A stretch of 64,000 nt of DNA from an uncultured Victivallales bacterium (lineage in GTDB: Bacteria > Verrucomicrobiota > Lentisphaeria > Victivallales > UBA1829), in NCBI GenBank assembly GCA_934644965.1, contig CAKUDG010000016.1:1180-65179 (forward strand). The letters are read 5' to 3'. The translations under genes and the position numbers were made by a program. Under the pieces are notes generated by a model, which made no database searches, was not told the DNA's origin, and saw only the letters and a program-made list of their open reading frames with translations. Positions 27,928 through 36,064 of the stretch are shown here, one piece after another; positions within the stretch are counted from its first letter, which is position 1, and every line of letters begins with the position of its first letter.

Positions 27928-29083
27928 TTCCCGGCACTCCTTTCCCTTTACAGCCCGTATTTTCTTTTTTCCGCTTTTCTTTTTCCGCAGATCCGGAACG
28001 GATTTTCATCCCGTCCGGCGGAAAAGTTTTTTCTTTCATTCCCTCTTCCTCTGCTCCGTGTCCGGTGAGAGGACGGATCCCGGAGGCCGCCAGAAGCACC
28101 TCATGGACCAGGAGATCCTGTTCCGGAGGCCATGGAGCGGAGATTTCTCCGCGGATCAGGGAAGCGAATTCCAGGAGCTGTTCCTCATAACGGTTCCGGC
28201 GCGGGGGGAAGTGGATGGAATGAATGCCGGAGGGGTACTCTTCGTTTCCTCCGGCAAGCGCCAGAGTCATTTCGAGAGTCTTTCCGTCAAAACGTTCGAG
28301 GGGGGATAGTTCGATCCATCCTCCGGTTCCGGAAATCTTGAGACGCCGGTGATTCAATCCGTCGTACTCTCTGCTGCAGCAGCGGATTACGACCGTGGCG
28401 CAGGGATACTCCAGAACCGCAAGCGCGTTGTTACACGGCGCGGGGGGGCAGGTGCCCGAAGTGGATTTCAAAAACGGCGTCACCCGTTCCGGAGCCCCCA
28501 GGACCGATACGGCGAAATCAATCAGATGACATCCCAGATTGAACATGATGCCGCCCGGAAGCTGTCCCAGATAAAGCTGGTAGGGATCTCCTCCGTAGTC
28601 ATGGCTCATGTCCGCCTCGATTTCGAAGACGTTTCCAAGCCAGCCTTTCCGGAGCGTTTCCCGGCAGAAAGCGAATGCCGGATTCCCACGGAACATATAT
28701 CCCATCTGAAGAGGAAGATTTTTTGTTCTGCAAGCGGACAGTAGAGTTCGGAAGGCTTCCAGATCCTCTCCGGGGGGTTTGTCCAGATGCATCGGAAGAT
28801 TCCGCTCCGTGCAGAGCAGGGCGGCGGGAACGAGATCGTTGTTCGGGGTTTCGATCAGAACGCCTTCGATGGAGGGATCCTGAAGGAGATCGTCCATGGT
28901 CAGGCGCGGGAGTCCCTTGAAGGGGTCCATCCATCCGGGGAATTTGGGGGAGCTGCTTGCCGTGTCGTCGACCACTCCGGCAATGTCATAGACATCCTCC
29001 AGAAGACGCAGCGTTTCCATTTTCCCCGCAGCGTGTTCATGAGACATCCCGATCTGTACGATTCTGATGCGGCGTTTCCTCAT
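27914..29083 (-). CDS. Gfo/Idh/MocA family oxidoreductase
   Basis: IRIVQIGMSHEHAAGKMETL N-terminal Rossmann region, and EKP-like LDKPPGED. Its 3' end overlaps the AroD-like start by 14 nt. Confidence 0.8.
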   Translation of the reverse strand: MRKRRIRIVQIGMSHEHAAGKMETLRLLEDVYDIAGVVDDTASSSPKFPGWMDPFKGLPRLTMDDLLQDPSIEGVLIETPNNDLVPAALLCTERNLPMHLDKPPGEDLEAFRTLLSACRTKNLPLQMGYMFRGNPAFAFCRETLRKGWLGNVFEIEADMSHDYGGDPYQLYLGQLPGGIMFNLGCHLIDFAVSVLGAPERVTPFLKSTSGTCPPAPCNNALAVLEYPCATVVIRCCSREYDGLNHRRLKISGTGGWIELSPLERFDGKTLEMTLALAGGNEEYPSGIHSIHFPPRRNRYEEQLLEFASLIRGEISAPWPPEQDLLVHEVLLAASGIRPLTGHGAEEEGMKEKTFPPDGMKIRSGSAEKEKRKKENTGCKGKGVPGNVEE

Positions 29084-29172
29084 TGCAGTTCCCAGTTTCT
29101 CAGTAGTTCCTGTTTCGGATTTCCGGAGAACAATAAGGGGAAACGCCGCTCCCTTCAAGAGCTTAAAATTCC

Positions 29173-29218
29173 TTTTTATGAAAAGATGCAGGCAAATGAA
29201 GACTTGTTTTCATAAAAA
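29173..29218. promoter_or_regulatory. 12-bp perfect inverted repeat with 22-nt spacer in the divergent promoter region
   Basis: TTTTTATGAAAA (29173-29184) and TTTTCATAAAAA (29207-29218), between the Gfo/Idh/MocA and LacI starts. Confidence 0.4.
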
Positions 29219-29263
29219 AGAATTTTATATTGAAAACGTGTCATGAACAAGGGAGATCTGGCG

Positions 29264-30244
29264 ATGAAAATTCAGGAGATGGCAAAACTGGCGGGGGTTT
29301 CTCCGTCGACGGTGTCGAGGGTCTTTTCCAATCATCGGAATGTAAGCGGCGAAGTCCGGGAACGTGTTTTTGCGCTGGCGAGGGCGCACGGTTATCATCC
29401 CCGTCTGACTGGCAAGCAGCGCAATGTGGTCATTGTGACCCCATACAACTCTGTCTATCCGGTGCAGAGCTGTGTGGACATGCTGCTCATGGCATTGACT
29501 CAGGCTCTTCCCCTGCGCGGATTCCGGGTGGAAATCCTTCCGGTAAACAATCTGGAACGTCTGAACAACATTCAGTTCTGTGCTGCCGCTGCAATCGGGG
29601 TGGAGCAGAGGGATTTCCCGGAGTGGGCGGAACACTTTGCCGCTCCGCTGCTCATTCTGGACAGGAGTCCGGGGAAGGCGCAGGAAAATGTTTTTTTTGT
29701 CCATTCGGATGAAAAACAGGGAATGGAAACGGCCGTTGCGCATCTCCGCGACTGCGGCTGCCGGAAAATCGGCTGCCTGATTCATGGAACGGACGACTGT
29801 GGAAATGCCGCCATCCGCAGAAAGGCGATCCTGGAGGCGTTGAATCAATATGCGTTTCCTGCGGAGGAGCGTCTGGTCTGTTTTACCGGGACCGGCTCTG
29901 ATGCCTATGTGGAACTGACGGGAAAGATGTTGCGTTACGGAGTGGACGCCTTTTTTTGTCCCGGAGGAAATGCGGGGATCGTTCTGCCTTATGCTCTCTC
30001 GCTTTACAACCGGAAAATTCCAGAGGACATTTCCCTGATCGCTTCCGAACAGACTTTTTATTCCCGATTCGCGGTTCCTCCGCAGACAACGATTACTCAG
30101 GACTATCCCGGTCTTGCGGATGCGGTCTGTTCACTGATTGAAAATCTCCTCGACAACCGGAAGGATGTTGTTTTGAGGGAAACGGTTCTTCCCTATCGTC
30201 TGATCGTGAGGGAGAGTGTTTCTGCTGGTGTCATTCAGAAATAA
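29264..30244 (+). CDS. LacI-family transcriptional regulator
   Basis: MKIQEMAKLAGVSPSTVSRVFSNHRNVS HTH followed by a periplasmic-binding-protein-like domain. AAGGGAG SD lies 9 nt upstream of the ATG at 29264. Confidence 0.88.
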   Translation: MKIQEMAKLAGVSPSTVSRVFSNHRNVSGEVRERVFALARAHGYHPRLTGKQRNVVIVTPYNSVYPVQSCVDMLLMALTQALPLRGFRVEILPVNNLERLNNIQFCAAAAIGVEQRDFPEWAEHFAAPLLILDRSPGKAQENVFFVHSDEKQGMETAVAHLRDCGCRKIGCLIHGTDDCGNAAIRRKAILEALNQYAFPAEERLVCFTGTGSDAYVELTGKMLRYGVDAFFCPGGNAGIVLPYALSLYNRKIPEDISLIASEQTFYSRFAVPPQTTITQDYPGLADAVCSLIENLLDNRKDVVLRETVLPYRLIVRESVSAGVIQK

Positions 30245-30323
30245 ATAAAAAAACGGCAGGCTTGCCTGCCGGGTGCAGGAGATGCAATCCTGCCGGGGAG
30301 TATGAGGGCGAGGAGCCCTCATG
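30244..30323 (-). repeat. Three-hairpin intergenic repeat, copy 3 (inverted), bidirectional terminator between lacI-family gene and tonB
   Basis: The reverse complement matches copies 1 and 2. Stems are conserved and loops differ (gctcctcg vs gctgctcg; GGCAGGC-AA-GCCTGCC vs -GTC-). T-runs face outward on both strands. Confidence 0.8.
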
Positions 30324-30401
30324 TTTTTTATTTTTATTTATTTTATTTTTTTACCTCCGGGGCCAGCGTTTCGCCGCTGGACTGCGACAAGGTCGCTGAA
30401 A

Positions 30402-31397
30402 TTATTTTACCCTGAGAGTAATCGTCAGAGTCATTGCTTTGGGCGGTGCGGGAAGCACCTTGACTTTGCGGATCAATTCCTCAACAGAAGCATCCATGGC
30501 GGGAATACCGGACTTTTCCCGAATCTGGGCGGACTGAATCCTGCCGTCCGCCGTAATCTGGAAGACAACATCGACCGCAAGATCCGTTCTGCCTTCAAGC
30601 AGTCTGGAAGAAGGCTGATTCCATTGAGGATGAAGAAAATCCTGAACTTTTTTGTAATATTTTTCCAAATCACTGATGGTCACGTCCCCCCTGGGGCCGC
30701 CCCCGCCGCCGGCGGGGAGAGAGTTCCTTCCCAGATTGCGGAGCATATCGGCATATTCCCGGTTTCTCCGTGCCGTTTCCCTTGCCGCGGAAGAATTGAC
30801 TGCGGATCGATTGGAAACAACCCGTTTTCTGCTGATGGTGATGTCTTCAGGCCGAAGCATCCGCCTTTTTGGCTTTTCCGTTTTTCTGGGCTGAGTTGTC
30901 TTTTCCGGCTGTTTCGCAGGGGGCGGAGGAGGAACGGCCTGCGCTTTTTTCGTCGGCTCAGGCTCCGGTTCGGGTTCCGGTTCGGGTTCCGGTTCGGGCG
31001 GAGGGGGAACGGGCAGATCCGGCACATCAGGAATCTCCGTCGGCAAATCGGGAACGGAGGGAATCTCCGAAAGAGGCTCGGGATCCGGATTGGGGACAGG
31101 ATTGTCCGCCGACGGATGATAGGACGGTGAATCAAATTCATTCGGAGGACTGTCCACCAGCGAGACCTTCATCACCGCCACAGGCGGATCAAAATATTCC
31201 CACAGCGCCAGAAAAAGCAGCGGACAGAAGACCAGAGCACAGTGCAGGGCAAAGACCCCGCCTGCAATCAGGCATTTTGTCCGCCGTCCGAGATAGGAAT
31301 CGGCATTGTTTCCTCCGGGATCCGTCCTGAACATGGATTTTTCATCCGCTCCGTTGTTTTTCCGTTGTTTTCCGTTTTCTGAATCCGGACATTTCAA
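30402..31397 (-). CDS. tonB: Energy transducer TonB
   Basis: N-terminal TM helix, Pro-rich (PEPEPEPEPEPEPEP) spacer, and a C-terminal TonB_C-like domain (DVVFQITADGRIQSAQI...). It lies downstream of exbB-exbD. Confidence 0.8.
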   Translation of the reverse strand: MKCPDSENGKQRKNNGADEKSMFRTDPGGNNADSYLGRRTKCLIAGGVFALHCALVFCPLLFLALWEYFDPPVAVMKVSLVDSPPNEFDSPSYHPSADNPVPNPDPEPLSEIPSVPDLPTEIPDVPDLPVPPPPEPEPEPEPEPEPEPTKKAQAVPPPPPAKQPEKTTQPRKTEKPKRRMLRPEDITISRKRVVSNRSAVNSSAARETARRNREYADMLRNLGRNSLPAGGGGGPRGDVTISDLEKYYKKVQDFLHPQWNQPSSRLLEGRTDLAVDVVFQITADGRIQSAQIREKSGIPAMDASVEELIRKVKVLPAPPKAMTLTITLRVK

Positions 31398-31444
31398 TAC
31401 GGTTAATACGAGTTTCCCCGCCGCAAATAGCGTGCCCTTGTTTT

Positions 31445-31490
31445 CCCCTTCTCCGCATCAGGGATGAAAGAAAGAGAAGGGGCTTTTTTT
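31445..31490 (+). terminator. Terminator-like hairpin plus T7 run, oriented antisense to the exbD-tonB genes
   Basis: CCCCTTCTC (31445-31453) pairs with GAGAAGGGG (31474-31482). It is followed by C and TTTTTTT (31484-31490). The 20-nt loop has an inner CATC/GATG pairing. Confidence 0.4.
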
Positions 31491-31539
31491 CATCTTTCTC
31501 CTGAGAAACGATCCCGGAGGAAGGGCGGCTGCATCAGCG

Positions 31540-31950
31540 CTATTTTTCATCCTCGGTGACCAGCAGGATGTCATTGAAACCGGCCTTTTTCACCGCCCGC
31601 ATCACATCTATGACGAGTCCGTAACGCAAATCTTTGTCTCCGCGCAGATAAATTTTGGAATTTTTCGAAAAAAGCGAACTTTTCATTTCCTCAAGACGGA
31701 GAATCAGCTGCTGGAGAGTCAGCGTTCTGTGTTCAAAAATGATTTCGCCCTTGCGGTTGATGTTGATGACTTTGGACTTTTCATCCGGCTTCATTTCGGA
31801 AGCCTTCATCTGCGGAGGGGAAACGTCGATGCTGTATTCGAGAATCGGCGCCGTAATCATGAAAATGATGAGCAGGAAGAAGAGCGTGTCGATCAGCGGG
31901 GTGACGTTGATCTGATCAAAGGAGACGGATGGAAATCTGCGTCTTGCCAT
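31540..31950 (-). CDS. exbD: Biopolymer transport protein ExbD/TolR
   Basis: INVTPLIDTLFFLLIIFMITAP signature TM helix; 136 aa. Confidence 0.88.
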   Translation of the reverse strand: MARRRFPSVSFDQINVTPLIDTLFFLLIIFMITAPILEYSIDVSPPQMKASEMKPDEKSKVININRKGEIIFEHRTLTLQQLILRLEEMKSSLFSKNSKIYLRGDKDLRYGLVIDVMRAVKKAGFNDILLVTEDEK

Positions 31951-31973
31951 GTCCGTGCGCTTTCCGTGAACGT

Positions 31974-32693
31974 TCAGTTGACACTGTCAAGCTGTTCAAT
32001 TCTGAGACGGACCACGACTTCTTCCGTGAAATTGTCCAGATGCACGGTAATCCGTTTGATCAGAATCGTGATGATGTTGTATCCCACGAGTGAGGGAATG
32101 GCGACCAGCAGAGCCACCACCGTTGTCAGCAGCGCACCGCTGACTCCCGGGGCGAGCGTTCCGATTTCCGCCTTCCCCTGGATGGCGAGCTGAGTGAAAG
32201 AAAGCGTGATTCCCCACACGGTTCCGAAAAGTCCGAGGAAGGGAGACGCGCTCACCGCCGTGGCGAGAAACATCATTTTCGATTCCAGAAGCAGAATCTG
32301 GTCTGCCACGGCCTGTTCCATGGATGCCCGGACCACTTCCAGTTCCACATCGTTCAAGGCCCGTCTTCCTCCTCCGGGCACTTCAAGATGCAGATTTTCA
32401 ATCCGGTCGCAGGCCGCCGTATAGACCTTTGCCGCGGGGGAGGGATTCCCCGCGGCGCGTTCCTTCAGCGCAAGGGGATTCCTTTTTTCGTTGAAAAGGC
32501 GGATGAATTCCACGGAGTCCTTCTTCGCCTTCTTCAGGCTGATTCCCTTTTCCAGCATGACCGTCCACGTGACGACCGAAAAAATCATCAGCAGCACGCA
32601 GATTCCCTGCCCCATCAGATCACTGTGGCTGAAAGCGTAGTAAATTCCGCTCTGCGCAAGAAGCGGGTTCGCGACAAAATCTGGCAGCATCAT
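31974..32693 (-). CDS. exbB: MotA/TolQ/ExbB proton channel
   Basis: SASPFLGLFGTVWGI and APGVSGALLTTVVALLVAIP motifs. Confidence 0.88.
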   Translation of the reverse strand: MMLPDFVANPLLAQSGIYYAFSHSDLMGQGICVLLMIFSVVTWTVMLEKGISLKKAKKDSVEFIRLFNEKRNPLALKERAAGNPSPAAKVYTAACDRIENLHLEVPGGGRRALNDVELEVVRASMEQAVADQILLLESKMMFLATAVSASPFLGLFGTVWGITLSFTQLAIQGKAEIGTLAPGVSGALLTTVVALLVAIPSLVGYNIITILIKRITVHLDNFTEEVVVRLRIEQLDSVN

Positions 32694-32813
32694 CAGAAAC
32701 GTTCCCCGGTAAAATAAAATTCAGCTTGAAAGACAAAAAAAAAGCGAAAAGTATCCGTTGCTCGCGGAATTTACTTTGCCTTCCCGTATTTTTCAATATA
32801 TATTCCACATTTA

Positions 32814-32855
32814 TTGTGAAACTAATGTTGTGAAACTAATGTTGTGAAACTAACA
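32814..32855 (+). promoter_or_regulatory. 3 x 14-bp perfect tandem repeat (TTGTGAAACTAATG) just upstream of the ROK kinase gene
   Basis: Units lie at 32814-27, 32828-41 and 32842-55 (the last ends ACA). The phasing yields TTGTGA-N17-TAATGT and TTGTGA-N17-TAACAA promoter-like pairs. Confidence 0.6.
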
Positions 32856-32883
32856 ATCCATCTTTACAGGAGAACTGGAAAGT

Positions 32884-33891
32884 ATGAACAGTCCGTTTCC
32901 GGTCATGGGATTCGATATCGGGGGAACGAAAATTGCGATCTGCCTCGCGATGAGCGACGGGCGCATCCTGGCGTCTTCACGCGTCAACAGCAAGGACAGG
33001 AGGTCGTCCGAAGTGCTTCCGGAGCTGGTTCTTGCGGGGAAGAAACTCCTTGCGGACGCCGGACTGGACGGAGGGGAACTCCGTGCCATCGGAATCGGGT
33101 CGCCTTCTCCGATGGACTTTGAAAAAGGCGTCATTCTCTCCCCCTTCAACATGACGGGCTGGGACGAAGTGCCCATCCGGGATTACCTTTCCAGAGAATT
33201 CGGCGTGGAAGCCTTCTTCGACAACGACGCCAACGGAGCAGGCGCCGCCGAATGGATTTTCGGCGCAGGCAAAGGCTGTGAGGATATGCTGTATCTGACC
33301 ATGAGCACCGGAATCGGTGCCGGAATCGTGGCTGGCGGCCATCTTCTCCGGGGACATACCCATTACGGCGGAGAAGTCGGGCATATGATCATCGACATCC
33401 ATGGTCCCAAATGCAACTGCGGACTCACCGGATGCTACGAGGCTTTCTGCGGCGGCCGCGCCATCGCCCAGAGAATGCAGAAGGAACTTGCGGACAAACC
33501 GGATTCCGCCGTGCTGAAAGCCGCAGGGGGAAAACTTGAGAACGTGGATATGAAGGCGCTTGAAATCGCCGTCCGGGAAAATGATCCTTATGCGTGCGGC
33601 GTCTGGGACGAAATGATCGAACGCAATGCGCAGGCCATCGGGATGCTTCTGAACATTTTCAACCCCGCCGTGATTGCACTTGGGACCATTGCGGTTCATA
33701 CGGGGGAACTCTTCATGAAACCGCTTCTGGAACGGGTTCCCCGCTACAGCTGGCCGCAGATGTTTTCCGCCTGTGAAATCCGGGCGAGCGCATTGGGCGG
33801 AAGCATCGGGGAATATTCCGGCGTGGCCGTTGCGCTCAACTTCCTGTATGAACGCGGAGACTGGATGCTTCCGTGGAAACAGAAGGTTTGA
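32884..33891 (+). CDS. ROK-family sugar kinase (glucokinase / N-acetylhexosamine kinase-like), no HTH domain
   Basis: GFDIGGTKIA, DNDANGAGAAE, and GHMIIDIHGPKCNCGLTGCYEAFCGG (ROK zinc motif). Confidence 0.88.
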   Translation: MNSPFPVMGFDIGGTKIAICLAMSDGRILASSRVNSKDRRSSEVLPELVLAGKKLLADAGLDGGELRAIGIGSPSPMDFEKGVILSPFNMTGWDEVPIRDYLSREFGVEAFFDNDANGAGAAEWIFGAGKGCEDMLYLTMSTGIGAGIVAGGHLLRGHTHYGGEVGHMIIDIHGPKCNCGLTGCYEAFCGGRAIAQRMQKELADKPDSAVLKAAGGKLENVDMKALEIAVRENDPYACGVWDEMIERNAQAIGMLLNIFNPAVIALGTIAVHTGELFMKPLLERVPRYSWPQMFSACEIRASALGGSIGEYSGVAVALNFLYERGDWMLPWKQKV

Positions 33892-33987
33892 AAAATCCGC
33901 TTTGAGGAGTATCTTTCCCGGAGCCGCGCCGCAGGAATCACCGCCGCCGGAAGAACGGAGAAGAGAAAAGGAAGAAGGTGTCAGAAT

Positions 33988-34476
33988 ATGCCGAATGCCA
34001 GTGTCAAGGCCTTGTATTCCTGCAAAAGGAAGACCGATTTCATCACATTCACGGCGGTGGCGCTCTTTGTCTGCACGGTTCTGTTTGAACTGTATTTGAT
34101 TCTGCTGGTACCCATTCAGCTGAAAAACCGGGGAGCGCTGGAGAAACATGTGGCGAAGGAGGAGATGCTTTCTCTGTTTGATTCGCTCCGGAGCAGGGTG
34201 CGTGGAGTGTCCACGTCAAACAACCTTCAGTCGGGGGAAAAGGTTCTGGTGAAGAATGCATTGGACATCATTGCCCTTTACCTGCGTGAAAACCAGGATG
34301 TCATGACAAGCACCCAGATCCGTCAGGTCACACAGACTCTTACCCGCTATGAGCTGATCTACAGGGACTGGACGAATGGAAAATTCCATATCGTCAAAGA
34401 GAGCGTCGCACTCCCGTATTTCCTCCGGGAAATCGAAAAGAGAAACAGCATTGCTCCATCAGAAAAACAGAATTGA
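33988..34476 (+). CDS. Hypothetical membrane-anchored protein (162 aa)
   Basis: TM helix FITFTAVALFVCTVLFELYLILLVPI followed by a soluble domain. I recognise no family. Confidence 0.5.
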   Translation: MPNASVKALYSCKRKTDFITFTAVALFVCTVLFELYLILLVPIQLKNRGALEKHVAKEEMLSLFDSLRSRVRGVSTSNNLQSGEKVLVKNALDIIALYLRENQDVMTSTQIRQVTQTLTRYELIYRDWTNGKFHIVKESVALPYFLREIEKRNSIAPSEKQN

Positions 34477-34523
34477 ACACAGAAGAAGAAGAAAAGAAAA
34501 AAAGACAGGATTCAGAAATTCAT

Positions 34524-35546
34524 ATGTCAGTGTCGGTCGAAAAACTGAAAAATATTCTTCGCGAAAGCGCGGCGAAGCGGATCGCGGTCCTCGGAGACCT
34601 TATGCTGGACGTGTATCTCTGGGGGACGGCCAGCAGATTGTCTCAGGAGGCGCCGGTGCCCGTGCTTCATGTCAAGCGCAGGGACATCCGTCTGGGAGGG
34701 GCTGCGAATGTCATGCGCAACCTCTCGGCTCTGTCGGACTGCTCCATCACGGCTTTCGGCGTGGCGGGGCGGGATGAGGGCGGAACTTATCTGAAGGATC
34801 TTCTCGGAAAAAGCGGCATTGATCCCGCTTATGTCGTCATTGATCCGGAACGCAGGACCACGGAAAAGCAGCGTGTCATTGCGGGCAGCCAGCAGGTGGT
34901 GCGCATGGATTTTGAAGACACCTGGCCTGTTTCCGGTAGCGTCCGCGAGCAAATCTCCGATGCACTGAAAAGCAAAATCCGGAACGGGGAGCTCGACGCC
35001 GTCATTTTCGAGGATTATGCCAAGGGGCTGCTTGAAAAGGATATGCTTCAGGAAATCGTGGATCTGGCCTCCGAATACGGAGTCTATACATCGCTGGATC
35101 CCCATCCCGGGCATGCGATGGAAGTGCATTCCCTCTCCCTGATGACTCCCAACAGGGCGGAGGCCTTCGGACTCGCGGGGGTGTATCCTTTCGATCCCGC
35201 GCTGAAGGTTGAGGATGATCTCCATTTGAAACAGGTCGCGCAACGCATTGCGGAGACCTGGCACCCGGAATCCCTGCTGATTACTCTGGGACATCAGGGA
35301 ATGGCGCTCTTTGAACGGAACAGTCCGGATACGCCGCTTGTCATTCCCACCATTGCGCGGGAAGTGTTCGATGTCTCCGGCGCAGGGGATACGGTGATTG
35401 CCAGTTTCACCCTCTGCATGGCTTCCGGCGCCTCTACCGCGGAAGCGGCGGACATTTCAAATCATGCGGCGGGCATTGTTGTGGGAAAGGCCGGTACCGC
35501 CACCCCCACCGTAGAGGAGCTTCTGGAAAGTTTCCGCGAAGTTTGA
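34524..35546 (+). CDS. hldA: D-glycero-beta-D-manno-heptose-7-phosphate kinase (RfaE domain I, PfkB family)
   Basis: IAVLGDLMLDVYLWG...EAPVPV...RLGGAANV at the N-terminus. C-terminal DVSGAGDTVIA and the anion hole. The ATG at 34524 was verified. Confidence 0.85.
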   Translation: MSVSVEKLKNILRESAAKRIAVLGDLMLDVYLWGTASRLSQEAPVPVLHVKRRDIRLGGAANVMRNLSALSDCSITAFGVAGRDEGGTYLKDLLGKSGIDPAYVVIDPERRTTEKQRVIAGSQQVVRMDFEDTWPVSGSVREQISDALKSKIRNGELDAVIFEDYAKGLLEKDMLQEIVDLASEYGVYTSLDPHPGHAMEVHSLSLMTPNRAEAFGLAGVYPFDPALKVEDDLHLKQVAQRIAETWHPESLLITLGHQGMALFERNSPDTPLVIPTIAREVFDVSGAGDTVIASFTLCMASGASTAEAADISNHAAGIVVGKAGTATPTVEELLESFREV

Positions 35547-36064
35547 AATGACGGGAAAGGTTTTTTACTCTTTCCCATCATCTTTTTCTTCCTTCTCTTT
35601 CCTCTCCCCTTCCGCTTTCTTGGCAGAGAGAGAAAAAAGAACACTGTTTCCTCTTGTTGTTTTCCTTCAGTTCTTCTTCCTTTTTCCCATGAACAACAAG
35701 GGAGGAAAGAGAGAAAAGCGGGAAAAAGGCCCGTATGGGCGGACGGCAGAGAGAAACGCTGTTCCTGCGGCTGATTGCTGAGGATCAGATATTCCGCAAC
35801 TTTCCATGGAAAAACATTTGTACTCATTGCACGTGGATTGTATATTCTTCTTCCCCGGGAAAGGATTTTTCCGCTGGACAGGAAGGAACGGGAGGACGGG
35901 GAAAAAGGGCAGACCGTTCTTTTTCCCCATGAAGCTCCTGCCTTTTTTATGGAGAGAGAGGGAAATTTGAATTTGCACGGAGGCAGATTGATTTCCAGCG
36001 GACTGGATTCTGCGCCGATGGTTTTTTGAGTGAGAGGCGGAGGCGATTACGGAGGGAAAAGGAG

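Noticed and set aside
29231-29244. TGAAAACGTGTCAT resembling a LacI/CcpA-type operator (TGWAANCGNTNWCA)
   Set aside because: Only the left half-site and the central CG match, and the right half has three mismatches. It overlaps the alternative ATG of the LacI gene. It is too weak to call without comparative data.
30955-31000. Short tandem nucleotide repeat GGTTCGGGTTCC x ~3.5
   Set aside because: It lies inside tonB and encodes the (Pro-Glu)n periplasmic spacer typical of TonB. It is not a CRISPR array or an independent repeat element.
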